IMG/VR virus record: IMGVR_UViG_3300006805_000023
DNA: 64,000 nt
Reading direction: 5' to 3' (one strand)
Source of the DNA: a virus
Taxonomy: Duplodnaviria; Caudoviricetes
The position numbers and the translations under genes were made by a program. The notes under the pieces were generated by a model that searched no databases, was not told the origin of the DNA, and saw only the letters and a list, made by a program, of their open reading frames with translations. Position 1 is the stretch's first letter, and every line of letters begins with the position of its first letter. Shown one piece after another: positions 37,224 to 48,000 of the stretch.

Positions 37224-37946
37224 ATGGACCCCTCACAACTCCCTGCTGGGATCGGACAGCACTGGCAGGCCATCCTCAGCTGGATCTTTTTAGTCGCAGC
37301 CGTCATCACAGCCGTAGGCGTCGTTTACGCCAAATTCTTCAAACCAGTGGTCATAAAGAACTTTGTTAAGTATCTGATCACCCCGATCAAGAACCATGTG
37401 GCCGAGGTCAGAGAGAACAACCTCGCTGTCAGGGACATGGTGACGGTCGTTGGCGAGGTTAAGGACATCATTCCGAAACTCAAGCAGGTGTGTAAGATGG
37501 TGATGCCGAACCACGGCTCCTCGCTGCCGGACGGCCTCTCCAGGGTAGAGGCTCAGCTGCTTCAACTGGTGCACCAGATGAGCCAGTCCGAAGCAATTCA
37601 GGAGGCGTTGCTCCTAGATCACCCAAAGGCGGTGTTCATCTCCGACATGGAGAACCGCAACACCTTCGTGAACAAGAAGTACGCAGAGCTGATCCGGTGC
37701 GACCGCGAGGAGCTGTTGGAGCTGGGGTGGAGGACCTACCTGATGCCGAGCGAGCTGCTGGTGTACGACACGATCTGGAAAAGCGCCTTCCGTGAGAGCC
37801 GCGATTCGTTCTTCACTCTCAAGATGCGGACCAAGCGCGGCATGGACGCCGTGACGTTTTCGGTCAAGGTCAGTGTTCTGCGCAGTTCCAACGGGAAGCC
37901 GACAGGTCAGTTCATGGGGATCATGGACGAGGTGGCTGCGGCTTGA
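37224..37946 (+). CDS. membrane-anchored PAS-domain protein
   Basis: TM helix ILSWIFLVAAVITAVGVVYA, coiled segment, PAS-like KAVFISDMENRNTFVNKKYAELI...EELLELGWRTYL; likely start ATG 37224. Confidence 0.7.
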   Translation: MDPSQLPAGIGQHWQAILSWIFLVAAVITAVGVVYAKFFKPVVIKNFVKYLITPIKNHVAEVRENNLAVRDMVTVVGEVKDIIPKLKQVCKMVMPNHGSSLPDGLSRVEAQLLQLVHQMSQSEAIQEALLLDHPKAVFISDMENRNTFVNKKYAELIRCDREELLELGWRTYLMPSELLVYDTIWKSAFRESRDSFFTLKMRTKRGMDAVTFSVKVSVLRSSNGKPTGQFMGIMDEVAAA

Positions 37947-38523
37947 GCGATTCCAATAACTCCGCGAGCGAGCGCACGACCTTGTAGTTGAGCTTACGAT
38001 CTTTGCCGGTGCCGGTGATCCTGAACTTGTCCGGTGTCCAGGCGTTGCTGAAGAAGCTACGAGCGCCCTGACCGATCCGGACTAGCTGGACCAGAATCCC
38101 GTAACGTTGCAGCACCCACTTAAGGTTGATGTTGGCAAGCTGGGTCTTGTTGTGAGCATCAAAGCAGGGCTTGACCTCGATGATGGAGTCGGTGCCGGTG
38201 CGCCAGAAGGTAGGAGGCTCAGACACCTTGTCGGACAGATCAGCCGTCAGCAGCTTGGTAGCCGGTGAGTCCAGGTTCCACACCACTTTGAAGTCTGATG
38301 TGTACACGTGTGCCATGAACATCACCTTGCCAGCGAGCTTGAACTGCGGAGACAACTCCAGGGTAGGGGCGCGCTCGATCCGAGCGATGGCACCGATCCC
38401 AATCAGCTCCTCAAACATCCACCAAGCCCAGCGCTCCTCGTCAGAATCGAAGGTGAGTCCACCCTCTGGAACTGGCTTAGGCTTTGGCTTGGTTACTGGG
38501 AAAACTGGGCTGTCGTCGTTCAC
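37921..38523 (-). CDS. PD-(D/E)XK (DUF1064-like) endonuclease
   Basis: FDSDEE...YTSDFKV...IIEVKP. Confidence 0.65.
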   Translation of the reverse strand: MNDDSPVFPVTKPKPKPVPEGGLTFDSDEERWAWWMFEELIGIGAIARIERAPTLELSPQFKLAGKVMFMAHVYTSDFKVVWNLDSPATKLLTADLSDKVSEPPTFWRTGTDSIIEVKPCFDAHNKTQLANINLKWVLQRYGILVQLVRIGQGARSFFSNAWTPDKFRITGTGKDRKLNYKVVRSLAELLESLKPQPPRP

Positions 38524-38827
38524 ACAGAATCAGGTTGAGGAGTGGCAGGGGGCGTGGCTTTCCGTCGTTGCCGGTTAGCGTGACAATATCGGGAGTGACC
38601 TCGGTGATCGTAAGCAGCTCGTTGAACAAAAACACGCGATCTCCCACCTTGTCGGGGAGGTGTAGGTGCCTGATCTTCAGGAGCATGCACATGGTCTTGA
38701 AGGCTAGCACATAGTTGCCGCGCTGAAGATCTGCAGAGGCGGTGCGCTTGGCGAGCTTCCAGGCTTGGTGGACGTCCCTGCATGGCTTCCCAGCTAGGAA
38801 CGCCACAGCGTCTAGGTTTTTGATCAT
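38477..38827 (-). CDS. hypothetical protein
   Basis: 116-aa ORF ATGA-coupled to upstream gene. Confidence 0.45.
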   Translation of the reverse strand: MIKNLDAVAFLAGKPCRDVHQAWKLAKRTASADLQRGNYVLAFKTMCMLLKIRHLHLPDKVGDRVFLFNELLTITEVTPDIVTLTGNDGKPRPLPLLNLILCERRQPSFPSNQAKA

Positions 38828-39867
38828 GAGTCGGAAACCAGACGGGCCACACGATCTCTGCCTCCTCCAAGTTTGATGGGGCGGTCTTCCAAGAGGCCGT
38901 CCTCAATGAAGCTGAGCACGTTCTCGACGTCCGATTCAACGATCGCTGGGCTGATCCCTGGAAGCTTCATCCCCACCTCGACCAGAGACTGCGAGTCCTT
39001 GACCAGAGCGTTGATGACGCCACCGGCGGCGGCAGCACGCTTCATCTGCTGGACCGTGGGGAACCTGACCGACATTCCGGCGAACACGTGCATGAGGTGT
39101 CGAGTGTTTTTGACCCCGATGATGTTGATGAGGTCTGGGATGAAAGAGAACTTGGCACCCAGACGCATAACGTCCCCCTCACTGAGCGGCGAAGCAAAAT
39201 GGTCGAGCAGCACGTTACGGACTGCTCCGGTGGTCCAGTCAACCAGAAACTTGGCCTCGTCGAGCCCGATCTCGTATCCGAGACGCAGAGTGTTGAGCAG
39301 GTTACGTCGGTAGTCAACCGAGCGCCCTTCTGAGTCCTTACCACGGGTCTCACCCCTGCGTTCGAGCACCGACACCAGAATCACCCTGATGGCTTCTTGG
39401 ATGTTGGGTTCAGTCCAGCGAGTCTCGATGGCTGAGAGGCATTTCGCGATCGCCTGGCTGTCATCGAGGCGATGGTGCTCAGAAGCGACTGAGCCAAGTA
39501 GGTCGATTGGAGTATCACCAAGATTTTGGAACCTACCACGATAGTTCGACTCGCGAGCCACTAAGCTGATGCAACCATGCTTGGTCGAGGTAGCCGCGTA
39601 GGTGTAGAACTTGCCATCACCGGGACGCCATTTGAGAGCCCAACGGTCGATCTGACTGTACAGATGGGACAGCAGGTCCTCAAACGGGACCGACTGACTG
39701 TAACGGCTTTTCCTGATGATGCTCGACATCAGGTTGGTGAGGTGATCGCAGATCCGGTGAAAGGTCGCAAAGTCGCGGTTGCGCTTAAACAGAAGGCACA
39801 GCTCCTCAACGGTCTCGTTCTCGAAGATCATTTTCTTGCTGGCTGTTGTCGGAACTCTCGGTATCAT
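38824..39867 (-). CDS. sigma-factor-like protein with C-terminal Mor-like domain
   Basis: FEDLLSHLY...KWRPGDGKFYTYA (sigma region 2-like); LINIIGVKNTRHLMHVFAGMSVRFP (Mor-like). Confidence 0.55.
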   Translation of the reverse strand: MIPRVPTTASKKMIFENETVEELCLLFKRNRDFATFHRICDHLTNLMSSIIRKSRYSQSVPFEDLLSHLYSQIDRWALKWRPGDGKFYTYAATSTKHGCISLVARESNYRGRFQNLGDTPIDLLGSVASEHHRLDDSQAIAKCLSAIETRWTEPNIQEAIRVILVSVLERRGETRGKDSEGRSVDYRRNLLNTLRLGYEIGLDEAKFLVDWTTGAVRNVLLDHFASPLSEGDVMRLGAKFSFIPDLINIIGVKNTRHLMHVFAGMSVRFPTVQQMKRAAAAGGVINALVKDSQSLVEVGMKLPGISPAIVESDVENVLSFIEDGLLEDRPIKLGGGRDRVARLVSDS

Positions 39868-39997
39868 CGTGTCGTGGGAGAGAAACCCCCTGGCTGAAAG
39901 AAAGCAAGGGTGGCTTAAGAGATCGGTTCAGCCTGTACTGAGCGCTGACCTAGGCACCTTGACAAGATCGACGCCGCATGCGAGATTTGCCGACCAC

Positions 39998-40252
39998 ATG
40001 GAAAAGCTCATAGACGTTGCATTATTGATCCTGGCTGACCTCAACGTCGCCGGGGAAGCTGGACGCATAAAGACGCGGATACTGACACTAGTCAGTGGCA
40101 CCGGGGCGAACCTGGACGAAGTCCTCGATTCGTTGGTCAAACGCGAGTATATGACGATCGTGAAGGTGGCCGGTGCCAGAGCAATCGGCAACAAGCACTT
40201 CATCACGGAACTTGGTCAGAGAGCATTCGTGGAGGCTACCACCAAGCTGTGA
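39998..40252 (+). CDS. small winged-helix-like protein
   Basis: likely ATG 39998; NLDEVLDSLVKREYM...HFITELGQR; TTGACA at 39959 upstream. Confidence 0.45.
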   Translation: MEKLIDVALLILADLNVAGEAGRIKTRILTLVSGTGANLDEVLDSLVKREYMTIVKVAGARAIGNKHFITELGQRAFVEATTKL

Positions 40253-40458
40253 ACCACGAGTGCCAGTACTGCGGGACGCTCGGAGATCACTCCTTGGCGA
40301 ACTGTCGTAACTGCGGGGCTCCTACCGCTGAAGCGGTCGTGGCAGCACCACCTCCCCAACGCTTCGCGGTAGCGAAAGGACTGCTCCAGGTGGTTCCCGG
40401 AGCAGTCCTCATATTGATCAATGGCTGGAAGCTGATCTCAGTTCTGGTCGGACTCTAA
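40249..40458 (+). CDS. zinc-ribbon protein with hydrophobic C-terminus
   Basis: CQYCG...CRNCGAP, C-terminal TM-like segment. Confidence 0.45.
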   Translation: MNHECQYCGTLGDHSLANCRNCGAPTAEAVVAAPPPQRFAVAKGLLQVVPGAVLILINGWKLISVLVGL

Positions 40459-41091
40459 GTCATCATCAGCACTGAGCCTTTTCATCCGCTCAAAGCTGCG
40501 GCGTTCCCCGGAAACGCCTGCGCCAGACTCGCCCGTGCCTCTGGTCACCACCATGGTGGCTCCAGCCTCGACCAGAGTGGTTTCGAGCCTGCTCACGAAC
40601 TCGCCGACGTCACCCACGGTGCGTTCGACCTCCTGCAGGTCGTCTTCTTCGTTGCGGGCCTGCTCCACGCCGGGGATCTCGTTGTCCACCTCCTTGATGA
40701 TGGCTGGCTGCTTGTGACGGATCTTGATCCCGGTACCCTTGAGCCATTTGCGCGGCATCGACTCGATCACTTCGGACAGCTTACCAAAGACGTGCTTCTT
40801 CTTGGAGTTCACGTTGGCCTCCCGCACCGCAGTCAGCAGCTTGTCGAGGACCATTGTGTGCGGGATCTCGCGGTCAAACTCAACGATGAGCGCCACGGAT
40901 TCCTCTGGACACGGCCCTTTAATGAACAGGATCATCGGGTCGAACTTCGGCGGCTTGATGGGCTCAGGCTTGGCGTCGTCCTCCTCCTGCTTGGCCTTCT
41001 TGAGGGCGTTTACGATGGCGAGCACTTTGTCGCGCTCCAGTTTGGCTTCAGTGTGAAGCAGTTCTTCGACTAGTTCAAGGTCAACTTGCAT
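40438..41091 (-). CDS. hypothetical protein
   Basis: 217-aa ORF with strong codon bias. Confidence 0.6.
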   Translation of the reverse strand: MQVDLELVEELLHTEAKLERDKVLAIVNALKKAKQEEDDAKPEPIKPPKFDPMILFIKGPCPEESVALIVEFDREIPHTMVLDKLLTAVREANVNSKKKHVFGKLSEVIESMPRKWLKGTGIKIRHKQPAIIKEVDNEIPGVEQARNEEDDLQEVERTVGDVGEFVSRLETTLVEAGATMVVTRGTGESGAGVSGERRSFERMKRLSADDDLESDQN

Positions 41092-41111
41092 AGGACGGCT
41101 CAGAAAGCACG

Positions 41112-42830
41112 TTATGCTATCACGACTTTGTCAACCCGGCACCCGTTGTCCTTGAGATACTTGACGATGCGGCGTGAGTTTTTAGCCAAAGACATGTTGT
41201 GCAGGTCGATCGGCACGTGGACGGTCCCGTGGGTCTTGCCCTCTGCGATACGTCCCACGCGACCGTCTTGCTGGGTCAGAAGCTGCTCACCGGGCTGGCC
41301 GTCGAGCTTGATCAGGTGGTAGAGACCTGGAATGTCGATCCCCTCGCTGACTGACTGATAGATGGCGAGGAGACCGGACACCTTACCCTCGGCGAACTTC
41401 TTGAGTGCCTCTTGGTTCTCGCCGGAGGTGCGGTCGCCCGATACTACCCCGAACGACATCCCGGATTGCTGCAGCAGCCCAGTCAGACGGTCCACGTGGC
41501 GCAGCTTTGCCACGGTCATCAGCCAGGGTTCCCCTTTGGCTGATAAGGAGGCAGCCAGATCGACAGCCCACTGGTTGCGGGGCTTGTACTCCATGATGCC
41601 GATGTCGTGTGAGGTCTGATACACCAGACTGTTTTTAGTCATCTGCGACGGCTTGACTTGAGCCATCTTACCAGTGGCCTTGTCCTTCGCGTAAACACCG
41701 AACTTGGCCTTGTCCACCTTGGTCTTGCCCTTATCATCCGTCGTCGTGCACATCTGGCTGGCCTTCCCGTTCTCGTCGAGGCCGTGGTAGATCCCGTAGG
41801 TCCAGGAGTCGGCCCCGACCATCTTGAAGGCCGCCTTGACCCCGTCCCTGATGCTCGAGGGTAGGTTGGACGTGATCGCGGGCCAGGACTTCGCGGTGTA
41901 GGAGCAGACCACGACCGGGCAACGGCGCTCGACAGCTTCCGATTCAAGGAGGAGCGGTCCAAACTGGGCTTCGATGGTGTGCTCCTTCTGCTTGTTGCCA
42001 GCCTGAGTATACTGCAGCTTACCGGACAGGCCCCATAGAGAAGCCTCTGGGCATCGCTCGGAGGCCTTGGTCCATAGCCCAGAGGCTTGGTGATGTCCCT
42101 CGTCCACCACCACGTGAGTAACCTGAGCTAGGAACTCGTCACCCTCAAGGCAGTTCATTTCAGAGATCGTGTGCGGGGTCGCAATGACCACGTTGGCGTC
42201 AAGTTGCAGTTGAGAGTCACCTGCGATGCCCATACGGAGCAGTCCATCGGTGCCCTCGTCGAACCTCTTATAGGTCTGGTGCAGCAGATTGCGGTTCGGC
42301 ACTAGGACCAGAAACACGGCGTCGGACTGATGCTGCAGGTGGCAGGCCGATGCGTTGATCATGATCTCGGTCTTGCCGGAGCCGGTCTTGAACTGGATGG
42401 AGGCGAGACGCTGGCGCAGCAGCAGCTCGCATACCTCCTGTTGAGCCGGAGACAGTGTCTTCCCTTTCAGGAGCTGTTGGAAGGGCGAGGGGTCGCTGAC
42501 CTCAAGGTAGGGCCTTACGGCGTCCATGAGACCGGTCAGGAATGGGGCCTCGCTCTCGGCCAGTTTGCCGTAGAGGCCGAGGGGGCAGCCGTATACCCCA
42601 GGCCCGTTCCAGTCGCGGTCGATCGAACGCACGAAGCCGTCCCAGTCGCGATAGAAAGGATTCTTCGGGTGCTTACGCTTAAGAAAAAAGGCCTGCGGAT
42701 GCTTGATCCGGGTGGCGTGATGGATAGCTCGCCAGGCAATGTCGTTGCGGCAGTAAAAACGGATCTCCCGCCCAAATACTGAGATGTCCGGAAGGCCGAG
42801 GGTGCTAATTGACTGGAGGGCAGAACTCAT
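41112..42830 (-). CDS. uvsW: UvsW-like SF2 DNA helicase
   Basis: KTGSGKT, VVDEGHH, SEGIDIP, QQDGRVGR. Confidence 0.8.
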   Translation of the reverse strand: MSSALQSISTLGLPDISVFGREIRFYCRNDIAWRAIHHATRIKHPQAFFLKRKHPKNPFYRDWDGFVRSIDRDWNGPGVYGCPLGLYGKLAESEAPFLTGLMDAVRPYLEVSDPSPFQQLLKGKTLSPAQQEVCELLLRQRLASIQFKTGSGKTEIMINASACHLQHQSDAVFLVLVPNRNLLHQTYKRFDEGTDGLLRMGIAGDSQLQLDANVVIATPHTISEMNCLEGDEFLAQVTHVVVDEGHHQASGLWTKASERCPEASLWGLSGKLQYTQAGNKQKEHTIEAQFGPLLLESEAVERRCPVVVCSYTAKSWPAITSNLPSSIRDGVKAAFKMVGADSWTYGIYHGLDENGKASQMCTTTDDKGKTKVDKAKFGVYAKDKATGKMAQVKPSQMTKNSLVYQTSHDIGIMEYKPRNQWAVDLAASLSAKGEPWLMTVAKLRHVDRLTGLLQQSGMSFGVVSGDRTSGENQEALKKFAEGKVSGLLAIYQSVSEGIDIPGLYHLIKLDGQPGEQLLTQQDGRVGRIAEGKTHGTVHVPIDLHNMSLAKNSRRIVKYLKDNGCRVDKVVIA

Positions 42831-42837
42831 TTAACTT
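42809..42837 (+). promoter_or_regulatory. sigma70-type promoter
   Basis: TTGACT-17 nt-TAACTT, 8 nt upstream of ATG 42846. Confidence 0.5.
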
Positions 42838-42845
42838 CTTGTCCT

Positions 42846-43223
42846 ATGCAAGAAAACACGCCTACACCCACCGTCAAGCCAACCTCAACACTTGGATTCC
42901 TCCTGAGCCAGGACAACAACGCCACCCGCGAACGTCGCGTGCGGTCTCTGCTCAAGAACATCGCGACTGAACAGAGCACGCTCATCATCAACCTGGAGCG
43001 CGAAGAAAACGCCCTTCAGGCCAAGCTGGAGAGCCTGTCCGATCAGCTGGCACCGGACGACACCACGTCCCTCAAATTCGGCAAAGATGCCGACGGAAAG
43101 GACCTCGACTGCTCCAAGTGGGTGGCCGACGTTCAAGCCACCAAAGAAGCCATCGAGGAGGTCAAGTTCCGGCTTGAAATCGCTCGCGGAACCCTTCAGG
43201 AGTTCACCCAACAACAGGCATGA
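42846..43223 (+). CDS. coiled-coil hypothetical protein
   Basis: 125 aa with heptad-like pattern. Confidence 0.6.
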   Translation: MQENTPTPTVKPTSTLGFLLSQDNNATRERRVRSLLKNIATEQSTLIINLEREENALQAKLESLSDQLAPDDTTSLKFGKDADGKDLDCSKWVADVQATKEAIEEVKFRLEIARGTLQEFTQQQA

Positions 43224-43837
43224 AGATCTTCTTGGTCCCGTCCAAACTTGCGTCCAGCAAGTTTCAGAACAAGATCGAGCTGCTTTACGACGTCCTGCGA
43301 ACACATCAGGCAGGAGTGAAGCATGCGGTGACAACCGCCAGCACGGACTCCGACTTCAATGAAGAACACGCGAGCGAGGCAAACCTCGTCGTGTTCGCCA
43401 TTACTAAGAGCACCGTGTGGCGTCATCGGGGGGACCCTGCCAACAGGGTTCGACCGCAGAATAAGCTGATCATCGGGCGTGGTGTTTACGACATCAACAG
43501 GATTGTGTGTGATAACATGAGCGACGACGAACTGGTTACGGAGGCCGTCGTGGTCTTCGTGGACGAGGAGTCTGATTCTCGTGCTCACTTCAACGCCTAT
43601 CGGATGCCACACACCAGAGACTTCAGACAGATGGGAAGCACCCGTCCGTCTGGCTTCACAAAGGACACGGACTGGAACCAGTTCGCTTGGTGCGACTGGG
43701 AACCCAACGAGATCGGCTTCCCAGCGCTCCTGCAATGGCAGTCGCCTGAGTATCGGAAGCGCAAAGGCACGGTACCGCCCAAGAAGACCAGGCTTGCAGT
43801 CGCCTGTCGCTACTTGAGGAAGGCCGGTCGGCGCTAA
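43220..43837 (+). CDS. hypothetical protein
   Basis: 205-aa ORF, ATGA-coupled. Confidence 0.55.
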   Translation: MKIFLVPSKLASSKFQNKIELLYDVLRTHQAGVKHAVTTASTDSDFNEEHASEANLVVFAITKSTVWRHRGDPANRVRPQNKLIIGRGVYDINRIVCDNMSDDELVTEAVVVFVDEESDSRAHFNAYRMPHTRDFRQMGSTRPSGFTKDTDWNQFAWCDWEPNEIGFPALLQWQSPEYRKRKGTVPPKKTRLAVACRYLRKAGRR

Positions 43838-43856
43838 ACAACCAACCAGAAAATGC

Positions 43857-43893
43857 AGCAGGCCTGGGAGTGATCCCAGGCCTGCTCTCTTTT
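43857..43893 (+). terminator. intrinsic terminator between convergent operons
   Basis: AGCAGGCCTGGGA-gtga-TCCCAGGCCTGCT 13-bp stem then CTCTTTT. Confidence 0.75.
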
Positions 43894-43935
43894 GTGGCGA
43901 GACGCCCCCACGGCTCTCATCTCACAAAGCTTGTG

Positions 43936-45003
43936 TCAGACGATCATGTTGCTCAAGTCCCCAAGAGCCACCGATGAGCCGGTCCGGTAGGACTCAACTT
44001 CCGTCTCTTGGGGGGCCACCTGAACCAAATGGCCGTCGAACCACTTGTCGATCCAGCCAATAGGGTTGGTCTTCTGTCCGAAAATAGCTGGCAGGCCGAT
44101 GCTCTGGAGGCGGAGGTCGGTGATGAACTTGTTGAAGCCGATCATGCGTGCTTCATCCAGGTTTGCAATTGGGCCTTCTGAGAAGAGGTACTTGGACCAT
44201 TCGATTTCCTCCTGAGCCGCCACCTCAAACATCTCGATGGCGAGCGGCTTGCACTCCTCCCAGACATCCATGAACCCCTCGCGTGGGTCGGTCCTCATAG
44301 CGTTGAGGATTGTCGAGGTGATCTCGACGTGCACGTTTTCGTCGCGGCAGATCTCACGGACGATTTTGGCGTTGCCTTCCATCTTGGCACGCGGTGGCTC
44401 AGCCAGGGCGAACGCGCAGGCAAAGGAGCCGTAGAAGCGGACGCCTTCGAGGATCTGAGTGCTCAGCAGGGTCAAAAGGATCTGCTTGCGCGGGTCGTCA
44501 CCCTCAAAGGCGATCAGGCGGTCGAACTCGGCTTTGACGGCGGCACCGCGCTTGATGATCTCCGGGTTTGTCAGGGCGTCGTCGAAGATCTTTCCAGCGT
44601 CCGGCGTGGCGTTCTGCAGCAGATAGGTGTAAGAGTAGCTGTGGAGGTTCTCGCAGAAGATCCAGTAGTTGAACGCTGCCTCCATTTCGGTCAGCGACAC
44701 GTAGGGCATCAGGGAACTCACACCACGCGTGATCACGGTGTCCATGGCGGTCTGATACTGCAGGTTCAGAGTGAACACGCGGCGTTCCTGTGGGTTCAGG
44801 CGCTCAAAATCGGGACGGTCCTTGGTGAGATCCATGCGCTCCGGACGCCAGAAGAAGTTCATCTGTTTCTTGAACAGCTCAAGAAACTCCGGGCGTTGGG
44901 GCCGATCATAACGGTGGAGACCCAGCGGGGCTCCCAAGAACATAGGTTGTCCGCTACAGTCGGTGGCTGTGTCATCGAATACGGTGCGTTTGGGAAGGAT
45001 CAT
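43936..45003 (-). CDS. nrdB: class I ribonucleotide reductase beta subunit
   Basis: FFWRPE, CENLHSYSY, ILEGVRFYGSF, RDENVH, APQETE di-metal/tyrosyl motifs. Confidence 0.95.
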   Translation of the reverse strand: MILPKRTVFDDTATDCSGQPMFLGAPLGLHRYDRPQRPEFLELFKKQMNFFWRPERMDLTKDRPDFERLNPQERRVFTLNLQYQTAMDTVITRGVSSLMPYVSLTEMEAAFNYWIFCENLHSYSYTYLLQNATPDAGKIFDDALTNPEIIKRGAAVKAEFDRLIAFEGDDPRKQILLTLLSTQILEGVRFYGSFACAFALAEPPRAKMEGNAKIVREICRDENVHVEITSTILNAMRTDPREGFMDVWEECKPLAIEMFEVAAQEEIEWSKYLFSEGPIANLDEARMIGFNKFITDLRLQSIGLPAIFGQKTNPIGWIDKWFDGHLVQVAPQETEVESYRTGSSVALGDLSNMIV

Positions 45004-45039
45004 GGATCGTGCGTTATAGTGGGATTGTTACGGGAGAAA

Positions 45040-48000
45040 TTAAAGGGTGCAGGCACCGCCTGCGCAGCCAGATTCTTCCAGGAATGGGGCCTGGGTGTCA
45101 ACGTGCTCGGAGACCGTCTGGCGGTCGTCATCGTCAGACACGATGTAGTAGAGAGACTTGCCGCCGATCCGGAAGAAAAACAGCTGTTCACGCAGAATCA
45201 GCTCCAGTGGGATCTTGCCGTCCGGGTAACGCTTGTATTGGTAGTACAGGTTCGTGGAGATCGACATGCACATGAACTTCTGAATCGCGGCGGCGATGCT
45301 GAGGTATCCAAAGTTGTCCTTCATCCCGAAGGCGTGCTGATAGACTCCGAGCGTCCCTTCTCTGGTCAGAACCTGAGGAACCAACACGCGGACCGGGCCA
45401 GACTTGGACTTTTTGAAGGTCACTTCGGAACGCACCGGGTCGATCCCGTTGGTGCTGTTCTGGACGACCGAAGACGACTCGCACGGCATCTGAGCCGACA
45501 GCGTGCAGTTGCGCAGGCCGTGCTTCTTGATGCGCTCACGCAGGCCTTCCCAATCCATCTTCAGAGGAACCGTCACGATTGTGTCCAGGTCCTTCTTGTA
45601 ATGGTCGATCGGCAGCAGGCCCTGAGCGTATTTAGTATCCCTGAAGCCGGGGGCTGCGCCCAGCTCTTCGGCCAGCTTGCAGGAGGCATCGAGCAGGTGC
45701 CACTGCACCATTTCCATGAGTTCGGCGACGCGGTTCGGGGCGTCCGGGTGGTCGTAAGTGAGGCCTTCGCGAGCCAGCCAGGCGGCGAGGTTGGTGAGGC
45801 CGACTCCGAGGGAGCGCCAGTACTTGCAGAACTGCTCGGCGGCAGGCACTGGGTAGCTCTGGTAGTCGATCAGGGTATCGAGGTGAGACACCGTGGTGTA
45901 GGCGATCCTGGAGATGTTGTCGGCGGTGATTTCGGTGGCGTTGAGAGCACTCAGGATGCACAAGCCAATCCAACCGGGGCCGTCGATGTGCTGAATTGGG
46001 ATCGTCGGGTGGGTGACCTCCATGCACTGTCCAGTTACAATGCCGTTCACAATGATCTGATGATTCTCGGGCTCGGTCAGACAGAAGGTTTCCTCCTCAC
46101 CAGCGTAGGTGATGCTCTCGACTTCCCTGAAGTAGAGGTTGTGGGAGTTGTTGCTGCCAGGGTGCGTCGCCAGCCACTCGCGGAGCGAAGCCATCTTGGA
46201 CTCCTGGCGAACCCCGATAAGGTCCGCAAACAGCACCAGATTATCTCGTGAGGAGATCATCAGACGCCAGGTGGCCTTGCCGTCATACTCGCGCATCCCG
46301 CCCTTGCCGTCTTTCATCAGGCGCTTGCCAGCCTTGACTCCAGGGTGGAGCGATGACATGATACCAAACTGGCTCAGCAAGACTTGCACCTCACGAAGGA
46401 GAGACTTGCTGACCTGAGCAATCGTGACGCTGGCAGAGGCACCATAACAGCCGATTGTAGCATCAGCGGTGTAGAGACCACGCAGGAAAGCCCCAACCGT
46501 GGTTTTCGTCCCACGCCAGATGCTAGCTGGAACGCGATGCTTGCTGCCGGGGGTGACACCATCCGCTAGCAACCTGCGCCCAAAGGGGAGGCTACGCGCA
46601 CTTGCCACCCAGTACCCGAAGGCCTCGTCGAAATGTTTGTTGCTAAACGAGTAATCGGGGACGAGTTCGGATGTTGGGGAACTGTCAGTGAACAGCTGCT
46701 TCAGGAGGCTGGAGAACACCGGCCCCAACTCATCGATTTCATCATCCCACAGCTTGATGATGCCGTGCTGACTGGTAGCGTTGCGGGTTGAAACAGAACC
46801 GTCTCCGATGAGGTGCCCAGCAAGCTCAGCGTAGGTGATGTCATCAAAGTCTCCGAAAAATTCAGTATTGGATACCCTGATGCGGCTGCCAGCTGCTAAC
46901 TCGAACAACCTAGCTCTGCCGCCATCATAAAGCTCGAATTCATGATGAGCTGTTGCCCTCACGGTGAGACCACCAGACAGTTTCAGGTCGAACACCTCAG
47001 ATGACTCAGAGGTCCTCACCACTGGTGTGGAGTTGGCCACCCCGTGCTGGTTGACCACGAAGGAACTGTTGAAGTCAGCACCAGAACCAAGTTCGTGGCA
47101 GCCTTGCTCCAGCCAGAGGTCGCGCATCGGGCGGTACCCGGAAGTGGTGAGCAGTTTGGTGTCACCACTGAGACAGAGGTTGGACATGCGGACCGGCAGC
47201 GAAAAGGAGGAGTGCGTGTTGCAGTTCTCGATGTGCAGGTAGTAGAGGCGGCCAGTCTCAAGGGTGACATCGAGCGAGAGGTTCACCAGCTCCTTGGCTG
47301 AGATCTTCTTGGTGGTCAGTCCGGGGCGACTCTCGCATTCAACGTAGAGGCGGTCGAAGTCCGGAGTCCCCCAAGCCTCATACAGGTCCTTCACCTCGTT
47401 AGGGTTGAACAACGTGATGTCCTGTCCTGCGATGGCGCGGAGGTAAAGCATCCGGTTGACCACGATGCAATAGTCCAGCTTGAACACCTTGCGGTCGTGG
47501 GAGCCACGGGTCGAGGACTTAGCGATCACCAGCGACTCCACCTCAAGGTGCCAGAACTGGAAGAAGACCGTGGCCGACGCCGAGCGCACCCCGTGCTGGC
47601 TGGTGGACTTGATGGTTGACTCGAACATCTTCAGGAACGGAATCACGCCGGTCGAGACGACCTCCCCAGACGCCACCGTGGAGTTCTGAGGGCGAATCCT
47701 GGAGATATTCAGGCCAAGACCAGCACGGGCTGCCCCATACTTCATCATGGCAAGGTTGGTGTGGCCGATGGAATCAAGCGTATCGTCCATTTCAGCCAGA
47801 GTGCAGCTGGCAAACTGCCGCAGCGGGGTCCTGAGACCAGCACGCACTGGAGTGGGCTGGGAGATCACTAGAGTGGACACGCCGTGATAGAGATCGCGGA
47901 CCAGCTGCATCCTGACCTCACGCGGCTTGACGGCGTAGAGGGCGAGGGCTGTGATCATGATAGCGAACTGCGGGGTCTCGTAATGGCACTCCGAAGCCCG

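Noticed and set aside
44329-46251. Long antisense ORFs over nrdA/nrdB, the sheath and other genes
   Set aside because: Expected shadow ORFs in GC-rich DNA with strong codon bias opposite well-identified genes.
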